Shown here: positions 35,716 to 47,175 of the stretch, one piece after another
How the letters are laid out: each line of letters opens with the position of its first letter
Numbering within the stretch: position 1 is the first letter of the stretch
NCBI GenBank assembly: GCA_002269645.1
Contig: NIVC01000525.1
Coordinates: 518,395 to 582,394 of the forward strand
Origin: Macrostomum lignano
Lineage: Eukaryota
Direction of reading: 5' to 3'
DNA length: 64,000 nucleotides
Position numbers and translations under genes: made by a program
The notes under the pieces: model-generated
The model's input: only the letters and a program-made list of their open reading frames with translations
Told to the model about the DNA's origin: nothing
Database searches by the model: none

Positions 35716-35992
35716 CCTGATTGCAGCGCATGGGCATTTTGGCGGACGGCGTCCGGCGCGGATCTAATATGGCGCGGCGCGGCGCGTACGGCGCGCGGCG
35801 ATTAGTACGGCGCGGCGCGGTACTAATTAGATGCCGAGGCATTTAGGCTTGATAAGACAGTCAAGTTACTCCTGCCGTTTACCCAAAACTGCGTTAATTT
35901 TGGTTTAGGGTTTCTTTCACAGGTAAGTCATTTCACAGCGTGGCGCAGGTTGCGTAGGCGTCTGGCGTACTTAAGCCATGCGCTGCAATAGG
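35716..35992. mobile_element. 277-bp MITE with 9-bp TSD carrying a 28S-rRNA-like segment
   Basis: TIR CCT(G)ATTGCAGCGCATGG at both ends; TSD GACAGCGCG (35707-35715, 35993-36001); removal restores Gypsy pol VADALSSCTVASVQP. Confidence 0.85.
35822..35884 (-). other. 28S rRNA-derived fragment, copy B (inside MITE)
   Basis: Minus strand GGGTAAACGGCAGGAGTAACTTGACTGTCTTATCAAGCCTAAATGCCTCGGCATCTAATTAGT. Confidence 0.8.
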
Positions 35993-36703
35993 GACAGCGC
36001 GTCCGCCACCGGGTTGTCCTTGCCCGCCACCGGGTTGTCCTTGCCCGCCACGTGCTGGATGTCCGCGGTGAACTCGGACACGTGGGCCAGATGCCGCTGT
36101 TGCCGGGCCGACCACGGGTCTGACATCTTGGACATGGCGGCAGCCAGCGGCTTGTGATCTGTGAATGCGGTGAAGTTGCGGCCTTCTAAAAAGTAGCGGA
36201 AGTGGCTCACGGCCAGGTACACGACGATCGAACGCGCTGTACTTCCGCTCGGGCGGGCGAAGTTGCCGGCTGAAGAAGGCGAGCGGCTGCCAGGCGTCAT
36301 CCATCCGCTGCTCAAGTGCCGCTCCGACGGCAACGTCTGAGGCGTCGACGATGAGGGCGATGGATGCATCCGGCCGCGGGTGCGCCAGCATAGCGGCGGA
36401 GGCCAACTTGCCAAGGCCTGCTACGCCCCGTCGAAAGCGGCTGTCAGCTCGGGCGTCCACCGGACGAGCTTCTCCTTGCCGGCCATGGCAGGTGCTCCAG
36501 GTGCTGCTGTGGGCTGCAGCTGGCGACCAGGAAATCGTCGATGTAGGCGAAGACGATATCTAAGTCCTGGCAAACAGAGTCGACAAGGCTGCGTGCAGGC
36601 CTGGCCGCCACAACTTAGTTTTAACAAAAAATCCAATGTAGTTTTTGGCCAAAAACGCAACTTACATGTAAAAGAAACCCTAAAGCAAAATTAATGCAAT
36701 TTT

Positions 36704-36760
36704 GGGTAAATGGCAGGAGTAACTATGACTGTCTTATTAAGGTAAAATGCCTCGTTATCT
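36704..36760 (+). other. 28S rRNA-derived fragment, copy C
   Basis: GGGTAAATGGCAGGAGTAACTATGACTGTCTTATTAAGGTAAAATGCCTCGTTATCT; shares about 45 bp of upstream non-rRNA context with copy B. Confidence 0.8.
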
Positions 36761-37315
36761 ACAAGATAAAAAACTGATTTTTTAGTGTGAGTGTATCTAA
36801 AAATATTATTTTAAGACCCATCAAAGGTTGACTCAACTTATATATAAGTATATAATTTGAAGTTAACTTTATATAAACTTTTCAACAGGATAGCAAATGC
36901 ATTATCATCATTGGATCAAGATGGGGCCAGGGATCATAACAATGCTCAGAATCATATTCAACTGTGAACTACTCTACCTTCTAACTGACTATTACAAAAT
37001 TGTTTTTCAATGGATGTTTAAATTGAATATAATATTTATTTGTAATATTGCATTAAACAATATTACACATTCAAAAAAGACATCCCATAACAACTATTTG
37101 TATGACTTGCAATATTTTATAATAAAAAATAGCTGTACAATTTTCATAGCTAAATTTTACTTTTTCTTTTTAAAAAGTTGTTTTGTCTGCCAGCAGACAA
37201 AGTATGCCTGGTTAAATTTGACAAAAATAGACAAAAGTCTCTGGAAATACATAGCTCTAAATAAACATTCAATCAAATTTTACTTTGCTTTTTAAACTTT
37301 TATTTAAACACGCAG

Positions 37316-37860
37316 GACAAGACATTTGGCTTGAAGAACAAGAAGGGTGCCAAACAGCAAAAGTTTGTACAACAGGTGTCTAAGCAGGTAACTTTGGGCA
37401 ACAAAAGCGCAAGAGAAGTTGAAATAGCCAAGCAGGAGAAGGAAGCCAAGAAGGAAGAGAAGAAAAAGCAGGCAGCCGAGCTGAACGCCCTGTTCAAGCC
37501 AGTGGCCGAGCTGCAGAAAGTCGCTCACGGAGTCGATCCCAAATCCGTGCTGTGCCAATTCTTCAAGCAGGGCAAATGCACCAAGGGAGACAAATGCAAA
37601 TTCTCTCACGACTTGTCCATCGCTCGAAAAACAGAGAAACGATCCATCTACGATGGCGAAGGCGCGGACAAAGGCGCTCAGGACTCGATGGAGAACTGGA
37701 GCCAGCAGCAGCTAGAAGAGGTTGTTAATAAAAAGCACGGCGAATCAGAGCGCAGTCTGCCGCCTACGACAATTATCTGCAAGTACTTTCTAGACGCTGT
37801 TGAGGACAATAAATATGGCTGGTTTTGGAGCTGTCCAAATGGCGAGAAGTGCCACTACAG
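37316..37860 (+). CDS. ZC3H15: ZC3H15 exon 2 (two CCCH fingers)
   Basis: [17 protein letters not shown]...[26 protein letters not shown]...[28 protein letters not shown]; CAG| and |GTGATT splice sites. Confidence 0.95.
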
Positions 37861-37974
37861 GTGATTGCTTTTAAAATGGCTTAACAATTTTGGATTATAC
37901 ATTTGTTACTAATATCTAATAAAAAATACTAAAACTCTCTCTAAAGTAACACCTAATTCCTATTTAAATCGAAA

Positions 37975-38440
37975 ACATTCTATTCCCATAATAGATCTCA
38001 AAATATCCCCAACAGAAATCTCTATTCCCATAATAGATCCCCAATAGAAATCTCTATTCCCATAATAGATCCCAAAATATCCCCAACAGAAATCTTTATT
38101 CCCATAATAGATCCCCAATAGATATCACTATTCCCATAATAGATCCCAAATGTCCTCAACAGAAATCTCTATTCTCACGATAGTTTCCAAGATATCCTTA
38201 GCAGAGATTTCTATTCCCACAATGGTTTCCAAAATATCCCCACCAGAGATATCTATTCCCAAAATAGTTTCCAAAATATCCCCACCAGATATCTATTCCC
38301 ACAATGGTTTCCAAAATATCCCCACCAGAGATATCTACGAGTATTCCCAAAATAGTTTCCAAAATATCCCCACCAGATATCTATTCCCACAATGGTTTCC
38401 AAAATATCCCCACCAGAGATATCTATTTCCACAATAGTTC
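37975..38440. repeat. About 42-bp minisatellite in ZC3H15 intron 2
   Basis: ATCCCCACCAGAGATATCTATTCCCAAAATAGTTTCCAAAAT variants. Confidence 0.88.
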
Positions 38441-38473
38441 CAAAATATCCGCATCATAAATCCCATTCCGCAG

Positions 38474-38864
38474 ACACGCCCTGCCGCCCGGTTTCGTGCT
38501 GAAGCGGGACAAGAAGAAAATGGAGGAGCAGCGCGAGCAGATCAGCCTGGAGGAGCTCATCGAATCGGAGCGGGCCGCCCTGGCCAGCCGGGCGGGCCAG
38601 ACGCCGGTGACCCTGGCCAGTTTCCTAGCCTGGAAGCGGCGCAAGCGGGCGGAACGCCAGGCCAAAGCCAGCGCCGACAAGGCCAAACGCCAGGCCGAAG
38701 CCGCCGCCGGCCGTGTTGTCGGCATTAGCGGCCGCGAGATGTTCGAATTCCGGCCGGAAATGGGCCTGGACGCCGACGATCAAGACGATGACGGAGGTGT
38801 CGCTTGGGACTTCCGGCAGCGCGAGAGCGAGGAAGATCCGGAAGGCGCGGGTGGCGGCATGCAG
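38474..38864 (+). CDS. ZC3H15: ZC3H15 exon 3 (DFRP region)
   Basis: RHALPPGFVLKRDKKK...ISLEELIESERAAL...TPVTLASFLAWKRRK...ISGREMFEF; phase 2 in, phase 0 out. Confidence 0.93.
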
Positions 38865-38924
38865 GTTAGTGGGACGGCAGTCGCTTTTCTAGCTAGGGGA
38901 CCGCCTTAAAAATTGTCTCTGTGA

Positions 38925-39722
38925 GAATCTCCCTATAGCCACTGTGAGAATCGCCCCATGAGCCACTGTGAGAATCGCCCTTTAACCACTGTGAGAATCG
39001 CCCCATGAGCCACAGTGAGAATGGCCCCATGAGCCACAGAGAGAATGGCCCCATGAGCCACAGTGAGAATCGCCCCATGAGCCACGGTGAGAATCGCCCC
39101 ATGAGCCACGGTGAGAATCGCCCTATGAGCCACAGTGAGAATCGCCCCATGAGCCACTGTGAGAATCGCCCCATGAGCCACTGTGAGAATCGCCCTTTAA
39201 CCACAGTGAGAATCGCCCCATGAGCCACTGTGAGAATGGCCCCATGAACCACTGTGAGAATGGCCCCATGAGCCACTGTGAGAATGGCCCCATGAACCAC
39301 TGTGAGAATGGCCCCATGAACCACTGTGAGAATGGCCCCATGAGCCACTGTGAGAATGGCCCCATGAGCCACTGTGAGAATGGCCCCATGAACCACTGTG
39401 AGAATGGCCCCATGAACCACTGTGAGAATGGCCCCATGAACCACTGTGAGAATGGCCCCATGAGCCACTGTGAGAATGGCCCCATGAGCCACTGTGAGAA
39501 TGGCCCCATGAACCACTGTGAGAATGGCCCCATGAACCACTGTGAGAATGGCCCCATGAGCCACTGTGAGAATGGCCCCATGAGCCACTGTGAGAATGGC
39601 CCCATGAACCACTGTGAGAATGGCCCCATGAACCACTGTGAGAATGGCCCCATGAACCACTGTGAGAATGGCCCCATGAGCCACTGTGAGAATCGCCCTT
39701 TAACCACAGTGAGAATCGCCCC
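38925..39722. repeat. 24-bp minisatellite in ZC3H15 intron 3
   Basis: GAGCCACTGTGAGAATGGCCCCAT, more than 30 copies. Confidence 0.95.
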
Positions 39723-39811
39723 TAATACGCACAATTTCGCATGTAAACTACTGTCAGTAGTTTACTAGTTAGCACGCAGATAATTAGCAAGAAATTCCAA
39801 CCCTTCCACAG

Positions 39812-40045
39812 GTTCGCGAAATCCGCCTGGAAGACCTATACGAACAGGACGAAGAAGCTAGCGAGTGCGGCGCCGCCGCGTCCGCCTCGGCGGCCTCCGA
39901 AGCCTCGGCGGCTGGCGCTGTGGGCGGCGGCGACAGCAACGGCGCCGCCGGGGTGGTCATCGATGAAAATCTGTTCGCCGACGAAGACCTGGACGAGTTG
40001 GATAACATTGACAAAGAGTTGGACACGTTGGAATTGCAGGAATGA
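39812..40045 (+). CDS. ZC3H15: ZC3H15 exon 4 (acidic C-terminus)
   Basis: VREIRLEDLY...VIDENLFADEDLDELDNIDKELDTLELQE*; AATAAA about 80 nt downstream. The four exons total 1239 nt (412 aa plus stop). Confidence 0.88.
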   Translation, partial: VREIRLEDLYEQDEEASECGAAASASAASEASAAGAVGGGDSNGAAGVVIDENLFADEDLDELDNIDKELDTLELQE

Positions 40046-40804
40046 CGTGTCAGTTTAGCCAGCTGATGCTGATGATGGCGCTGATGTTTGGCTGTTTGCT
40101 GGCTAATATTATTATGAATGATTGAAATAAATGATTGATATCTGATAGAGTCTGCTTCCTTCTCTTCCCGATTCAGCTCCATGCTTTTGCGCCCTCATGT
40201 GTGTTCCTCTGCTCTTCTGCTTTTCAGGGTTCTCCCTCTCTCTCGTGTTTATTTAGTGCACAAAATTGTTTTACTGGCATCATATTACTGTAAGTAGGAT
40301 TGGGGAGTTTTTTTCAATCAAATTAGAAAAGACATGGGCTTTATTACAATTCCTAAAGCCAGGCTTTCATCATATAGTATATCTGAAATCCCAGTAACTT
40401 ACGTATGTAATCCTGACGTGAGTTGCTGTCCTATCTTTGATGAAGCTCGGTTAACACGTGTTCGTCGCTGTTTTGGTTTATTCCCTTTAAAATTCTACTC
40501 ACTTCTCTGCTGCGTCGCCTGAATTGCTCACCGAGTCTTTACTGAAATTACTGCTATTAAATTAATGTGTTGCACCTGTCCATGAACTATTTTCGATTGC
40601 GTGTAATATGCTACTTACTCATATCCTCTCGCTTTGACGCCATAGTGCATGGCTGCCAATATTTTGAGAGAAGAGAATCAATAACATGCCGGCAAAACTA
40701 ACTGACCAGCAGAGGACTGAATTTTTATTGAGACAATTCTTGTGTCTTGCTTATTTGTGGCGCACTGTAAGACCAGACACACACTGAGGTATTGGAGGAC
40801 AGCC

Positions 40805-41585
40805 ACACACTGAAGTACCGGACGGTAACCAGCCTGAAGTATCGGACGGTAACCAGCCTGAAGTATCGGATGGCAAGCACACTGAAGTATCAGAAGGCAA
40901 GCACACTGAAGTATCGGATGGTCACCAGCCTGAAATATCGGACGGTAACTAGCCTGAAGTATCGGACGGTAACTAGCCTGAAGTATCGGACAGTAACCAG
41001 CCTGAAGCATCGGACGGTAACCAGCCTGAAGTATCGGATCGTAACCAGCCTGAAGTATCTGACGGTAACCAGCCAGAAGTATCGGATGGTAACCAGCCTG
41101 AAGTATCGGACGGTAACCAGCCTGAAGTATCGGATGGTCACCAGCCTGAAGTATCGGACGGTAACCAGCCTGAAATATCGGACGGTAACTAGCCTGAAAT
41201 ATCGGACGGTAACCAGCCTGAAGTATCGGATGGTAACCAGCCTGAAGCATCGGACGGTAACCAGCCTGAAGTATCGGATCGTAACCAGCCTGAAGTATCT
41301 GACGGTAACCAGCCTGAAGTATCGGATGGTAACCAGCCTGAAGCATCGGACGGTAACCAGCCTGAAGTATCGAACGGTAACCAGCCTGAAGTATCGGATG
41401 GAAAGCACATTGAAGTATCAGAAGGCAAGCACACTGAAGTATCAGAAGGCAAGCACACTGAAGTTTCAGAATGCAAGCACACTGAAGTATCGGAGGGGAG
41501 CCACCCTGAAGTATCGGAGGGGAGCCACCCTGAAGTATCAGAAGGCAAACACACTGAAGTATCGGAGGGGAGCCACCCTGAATAC
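40805..41585. repeat. 24-bp minisatellite, intergenic
   Basis: CCTGAAGTATCGGACGGTAACCAG, about 32 copies with variant blocks. Confidence 0.95.
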
Positions 41586-42255
41586 AATATTAGAACTAAG
41601 TTTCAATGCTGGATGCAATCTTGGCTATGAAAGTGCGGCTATAACGGCCTGTCAATCATAAAGCACAGAAGCGCACTAAAATTGATCGATTTGCGCAGGA
41701 AGCTGGAAGAAAGGATTTGCCATACTTGTGATGAAAACAGCTGGCATAATTATCGACTTAGCTATATGGCTGCAGATGAGTCATCAGTTGCAGCAACATG
41801 GCACTACTTGAACAGCAGCAGGACCAGAGCTTAAAAACGCACACAGGCTGGTCTGTAGCTCCCCCCGCGCCCGTCCAGGTTCCTCCGCGGACGTCGTCAG
41901 CCTGCAGGCACTGGGCCGCGGTATCCTGCTGTTACCTCTATAGACCGGCCTCTGTTGACGCCCCTAAATTGTGCCCACTCTGCCCATTTGTACACTTCAG
42001 CGCAACAACCCCTTTTCGGTCACGCTATACGCCTCTCTCTCTGCCAGCCATCCCCGATACCCCAGTTACTTCCATCATCGTCGGCTTGCCCCAACACAGT
42101 CAAATCCCCCGGTGAAGGCTGAACAAGACTGGGAGCGAGTCATCCTCTAACCTCCGCTAGTTTTTTCCCTTGTAGTTCCTGTCCCGGTAGACCAATTCAC
42201 CAGCTAATCCTTCATTCTTTCTATTGGAAATTTTTGCCAATATTGACTGCGCAAC

Positions 42256-42387
42256 ATGTCGGTACCGGAGTTCGGCCAGCAGCAGCAGACGACACGGGTT
42301 CGCCTGGTCCGGCCGGCCAAAGAGGCCGCCTGGGGCTTCCGGTTGGACCGAGGCTCCAGACACGCAGGCGGGTTCGCTGTGTCTCGG
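42256..42387 (+). CDS. PDZ-domain protein, exon 1
   Basis: CAACATG start; TTRVRLVRPAKEAAWGFRLDRG...FAVSR (PDZ carboxylate-binding loop WGF); donor |GTGAGG phase 0. Confidence 0.82.
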
Positions 42388-42479
42388 GTGAGGAAGCGAA
42401 ATTTATTTGCTTCTCTGAGGGTTTGGCTTGCTTCCAGATGAAATAGTTCTGATTGACGCTGTTCGATCTAGAGCTGATA

Positions 42480-43165
42480 TGGTGGAGCTTACTTCCGGAG
42501 CTGAGATAGTGGAGCTTACTTCCGGAGCTGAGATAGTGGAGATTACTTCCGGAGCTGAGATAGTGGAGCTTGCTTCCGGAGATGAAATGGTGGAGCTTAC
42601 TTCTAGAGCTGAGATAGTGGAGCTTACTTCCGGAGCTGAGATAGTGGAGCTTACTTCTAGAGCTGAGATAGTGGAGCTTACTTCCGGAGCTGAGATAGTA
42701 GAGCTTGCTTCCGGAGATGAAATGGTGGAGCTTACTTCCGGAGCTGCGACTTTGGGAGCTGACTTCTGAGCTGAGACTGTGGGAGCTTACTTCCAGAGCT
42801 GAGACTGTGGGAGCTTACTTCTGAGCTGAGACTGTGGGAGCTTACTTCCGGAGCTGAGACTGTGGGAGCTTACTTCTGAGCTGAGACTGTGGGAGCTTAC
42901 TTCCGGAGCTGCGACTTTGGGAGCTTACTTCTGAGCTGAGACTGTGGGAGCTTACTTCCGGAGCTGAGACTGTGGGAGCTTACTTCTGAGCTGAGACTGT
43001 GGGAGCTTACTTCCGGAGCTGAGACTTTGGGAGCTTACTTCTGAGCTGAGACTGTGGGAGCTTACTTCCGGAGCTGAGACTTTGGGAGCTTACTTCTGAG
43101 CTGAGACTGTGGGAGCTTACTTCCGGAGCTGAGACTGTGGGAGCTTACTTCCGGAGCTGCGATGG
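42480..43165. repeat. 27/28-bp minisatellite in PDZ gene intron 1
   Basis: GAGCTTACTTCCGGAGCTGAGATAGTG (27 bp), then alternating 28/27-bp variants. Confidence 0.93.
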
Positions 43166-43243
43166 CGGAGTTGAGATGCTGGGACCATTTGATAATGCAC
43201 GCTATCACTTGTCCTCACTTGATTTCCCCAATCACTTGTCCAG

Positions 43244-43395
43244 GTGACCCCCGGCAGTCCCGCATCCAGCGTGCTGTTCAAAGGCGACTTGCTGGTGGAA
43301 GTGGACGGCACGAGCTGCGCCAAGCTGGCCTATGATCAGGCCGTCCAGATGATGCAACGGGCCGGTCAAATTGTTGACCTCGCCGTAGTGTCCGG
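43244..43395 (+). CDS. PDZ-domain protein, exon 2
   Basis: VTPGSPASSVLFKGDLLVEVDGTSCAKLAYDQAVQMMQRAGQIVDLAVVS completes a PDZ domain; CAG| and |GTGAG. Confidence 0.85.
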
Positions 43396-43490
43396 GTGAG
43401 GCTGTGTGGAGTTCGAACCATGGACCTATTAACTATAGCAAAGAATTAGTAAATAACAAAAATGAATAAAACGATTCGAAATATTTGCAG

Positions 43491-43539
43491 ATCGACTCCG
43501 CTGGAACTGGTGACTTCTCCGCAGCATTTTCGAAACACG
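43491..43539 (+). CDS. PDZ-domain protein, exon 3
   Basis: 49-nt exon, TTTGCAG| and |GTGAG, phases compatible with its neighbours. Confidence 0.65.
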
Positions 43540-43619
43540 GTGAGAAGGCCTTAATTTGCTGATTTTTATTAGGCTGCGTCAGCGCCTCCCGACAGAGTGG
43601 GAGTGGTGACCCTCCACTA

Positions 43620-44150
43620 CCACTGCCATCTGACTGCCACTATCTGACTGCCACTATCTGACTGCCACTATCTGACTGCCACTATCTGACTGCCATTTGA
43701 CTGCCACCATCTGACTGCCACTATCTGACTGCCACTATCTGACTGCCACTATCTGACTGCCACTATCTGACTGCCATCTGACTGCCACCATCTGACTGCC
43801 ACCATCTGACTGCCACTATCTGACTGCCACCATCTGACTGCCACTATCTGACTGCCACTATCTGACTGCCACTATCTGACTGCCACTATCTGACTGCCAT
43901 TTGACTGCCACCATCTGACTGCCACTATCTGACTGCCACTATCTGACTGCCACTATCTGACTGCCATCTGACTGCCACCATCTGACTGCCACTATCTGAC
44001 TGCCACCATCTGACTGCCACTATCTGACTGCCACTATCTGACTGCCACTATCTGACTGCCATCTGACTGCCACTATCTGACTGCCACTATCTGACTGCCA
44101 CTATCTGACTGCCATCTGACTGCCACCATCTGACTGACACTATCGGACTG
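43620..44150. repeat. 14-bp ATCTGACTGCCACT tandem array
   Basis: About 38 copies with 11-bp variants. Confidence 0.95.
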
Positions 44151-45217
44151 CCAAGCCAAACCCTAACCCTAATCTCAACCTTTAGCCTAAGGCAGTCAAA
44201 TTGTGGACCCTGGGCTGCGCTGCTGGCTGTCACACCCTAGGCACCAAGTCAGTTATGATAATTTGCTAATGACAATCATGACACTGGATTTTCTTAGAAA
44301 TGAGCTTGAGGCCGGTAAGGAACGCGTATAGAATATTTAGTTTCTTAGCAATTTTTTGAAAGCTGGATTTACAGCGGAAAGACACAATCAATTTTTTTTT
44401 CACTTTTTCAATCAACCAATGCTAGTGTTGGTCTTTAAATAATTGGTATTATATTAGATATTTGTAATGCTTCTTAATGAAATCCGTCGGTACAGAATGT
44501 GCACATTTCATTTTGGTGTTTGCACAATGTACAATAATTAGAGACAGACATAAAATACTGTAATAGATTAGGATGAGCAAGGCTTAAATATACACTGGCG
44601 TAGCATGTGGGGGAAGGGCGACGGCCCTGGCGCTCCTGGTGCTGAAGCCCCTGGTGCTGAAGCCCCTGCTGGTGCTAAAGCCCCTGGCACCCCCTCCCCC
44701 AATAAAACTCCTGGCCGCCACGCTCCCGCGCTTATTCACGTAGAAGCCACCAATATAAAAATAATGCTGCATCATTGATTTCTTAGAAATTCCCGGCGTA
44801 GGATATGCACACAAAATATCTAACTTTATAACACCCTTTATGAGCAGGCCGTTCATCGGGAGTCTGCTACGCCAACCGTGCTAGACTACTAAAAGTAGCA
44901 TGAAGGAATGTGAACTCTAAGGTTTCCAGATGCTCAGAAAAAATGATAATATTGCATTGAGACTAGCAGAGATCTGAGAGAAACAGCAGATTCACACTGT
45001 GGAATTAAGAGGGAATTACACTGGAAGTAGGATTTACATCAAGTACTACTTAGATTACAATTACAATATTACAATATTACAAGATTACTTAAATTACACT
45101 ACAATAAGAAGTAGGACTTACATTAAGACAAGTCCTACTTGTATCCCAGGTTTCCATGCACCGAAAGACTCCGTCCTTCAAATTAAGTAGTCCTCCATGA
45201 AACCCCCCCCCCTGCAG

Positions 45218-45445
45218 AGCTTCGGTGCCGAGAGCAACGCTTCGTCCACCACCTTCAGCGAGTGCTACGGCAGCCCGCACTCCAGCGCCATCAACCTGTT
45301 GCACACCAGCAACCCGCACCAGATGCGCGCCCAGTCAACTGCCCAGCCGGCATTCCGCCGAGTCTGCAGCTCCGAGGCCGGCAGTCCGACGCCCAGCTTT
45401 CAACGGCAGCAGCAGCTCCAGCAGCATCACACCATCGACCCGCAT

Positions 45446-45477
<32 letters not shown>

Positions 45478-45641
45478 GCAGTATTTCACTTTCAATGCTC
45501 GTCCCAGACGGATGTCAATCGGCTATCACAACTACGTGAAGCAGTTCCAGCAGCCGCAGCAGCAGTCGCTGGCCCATCAGCCTCGAGTTCATCAGCTTCA
45601 ACAACTTGGCAACCGGCCACTGATTGCGTCTTGCAGTTTGA
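45218..45641 (+). CDS. PDZ-domain protein, Q/H-rich exon 4 (3' end uncertain)
   Basis: Acceptor CCCCCTGCAG| in phase 0; SFGAESNAS...HHHHQQQQ; the only phase-2 donor I found is a weak AG|GTTCTG. Confidence 0.55.
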
Positions 45642-45719
45642 GGTTCTGTGGTTTGGATTTCAGGACATTTTCATTTGAGTTTTATTCAAGCTTTAAATGA
45701 TGACTTCCTCTGAAAAATG

Positions 45720-46565
45720 TCCGCTCTCTGAAGACTTTCATCTCCGCTCTCTGAAGACTTTCATCTCCGCTCTCTGCAGACTTTCATCTCCGCTCTCTGC
45801 AGACTTTCATCTCCGCTCTCTGAAGACTTTCATCTCTACTCTCTGAAGACTTTCATTTCTACTCTCTGAAGACTTTCATTTCTACTCTCTGAAGACTTTC
45901 ATTTCTACTCACTGAAGACTTTCATCTCTACTCTCTACAGACTCATCTCCGCTCTCTGAAGACTTTCATCTCCGCTCTCTGAAGACTTTCATCTCCGCTC
46001 TCTGCAGACTTTCATCTCTACTCTCTACAGACTCATCTTCGCTCTCTGAAGACTTTCATCTCCGCTCTCTGAAGACTTTCATCTCCGCTCTCTGCAGACT
46101 TTCATCTCTACTCTCTGAAGACTTTCATCTCCGCTCTCTGAAGACTTTCATCTCCGCTCTCTGAAGACTTTCATCTCCGCTCTCTGAAGACTTTCATCTC
46201 TACTCTCTGAAGACTTTCATCTCCGCTCTCTGAAGACTTTCATCTCCGCTCTCTGAAGACTTTCATCTCTACTCTCTGAAGACTTTCATCTCCGCTCTCT
46301 GAAGACTTTCATCTCCGCTCTCTGAAGACTTTCATCTCCGCTCTCTGAAGACTTTCATCTCCGCTCTCTGAAGACTTTCATCTCCGCTCTCTGAAGACTT
46401 TCATCTCCGCTCTCTGAAGACTTTCATCTCTACTCTCTGAAGACTTTCATCTCTACTCTCTGAAGACTTTCATCTCCGCTCTCTGAAGACTTTCATCTCC
46501 GCTCTCTGAAGACTTTCATCTCTACTCTCTGAAGACTTTCATCTCTACTCTCTGCAGACTTTGAT
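45720..46565. repeat. 23-bp TGAAGACTTTCATCTCCGCTCTC tandem array
   Basis: About 36 copies. Confidence 0.95.
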
Positions 46566-47175
46566 CTCATGTCAAAAACCAAGAAAGCGATTTATGTTTG
46601 AGACACTGTCCAGAAATTCCAGCCACTCAACCATCGGTCCCTCCTTCCCTAAAAGTCGGTAGTGTTGCTGTTAGCGGCAGCCAATCAGGTTAACTATCGA
46701 AGGGGCATTCTTGGGCGAATAGTTCGAGGCTGTATATACCGGTACCTCTGGTCAAAAAGCTGCACTGGCATTCGAAATACCGGGCCTAAAACAGAAAAAG
46801 AGAGAGAGAGAGAGTTATGGTTGCTAGGAAGAAATCAATTTTTCTGCGACTGGCCAACGGGATGGAAGGAGAAGGGAAGACAGAGAAGGATGCGAATATG
46901 TGCGCGCAGCCCATGTTCGACTAGACTTCACTTTCTGTTGCATCCCGTGCTTCTTCGGTCTTCCTTGCCTTTCTCTCCTTTCTCTGTCTGTCTGCCACTT
47001 CCCAGTCCTCTCACACTAACGGGAATAACGCAAACACCCGCCATCGGTTCTGCCTCTCCCCTTTTCTCTCCTCTCTCCTGTTCTCCCCCATTTCCGGATT
47101 TTATTTTGCAAAGTAAAAAGCGGACGTGGCGACAAAAATCTTCCATATTTCTGGCATCGCTACGCGTCTTGGCAG

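Larger units (their letters stand above)
31578..36612 (-). mobile_element. Decayed Ty3/Gypsy element in ZC3H15 intron 1
   Basis: 24-bp 5' LTR remnant TGTGGCGGCCAGGCCTGCACGCAG (36589-36612) fused to RT FAYIDDF; RNase H VDASDVAVGAAL...FTDHKPL; integrase HSLAHPS...CVACQ; PPT GCTGGGGGGAGCCA; 3' LTR from 34925, split by the LINE, probably ending TAGACA at 31578. TSD not confirmed (ACATT vs ACTTA), so the left boundary is tentative. Confidence 0.8.

Noticed and set aside
38893-39768. Repeat proteins (HGAILTVV)n, (MSHCENGP)n and similar ORFs at 42428, 53374-53968, 60447-61463 and 61668-62302
   Set aside because: All lie in introns defined by flanking conserved exons and are open in several frames at once.
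40805-41585. Coding repeat (PEVSDGNQ)n
   Set aside because: The plausible frame is interrupted by CAG-to-TAG variants (about 40950, 40973, 41190) and has no start or splice context; the other open frames are repeat artefacts.
43408-43435. tRNA or tRNA-derived SINE (GGTTCGAA B-box on the minus strand)
   Set aside because: No A box or cloverleaf could be built.
44590-44880. hAT-like MITE (CACTGGCGTAGCA...TGCTACGCCA)
   Set aside because: Only a 10-bp inverted match, ragged end and no TSD.
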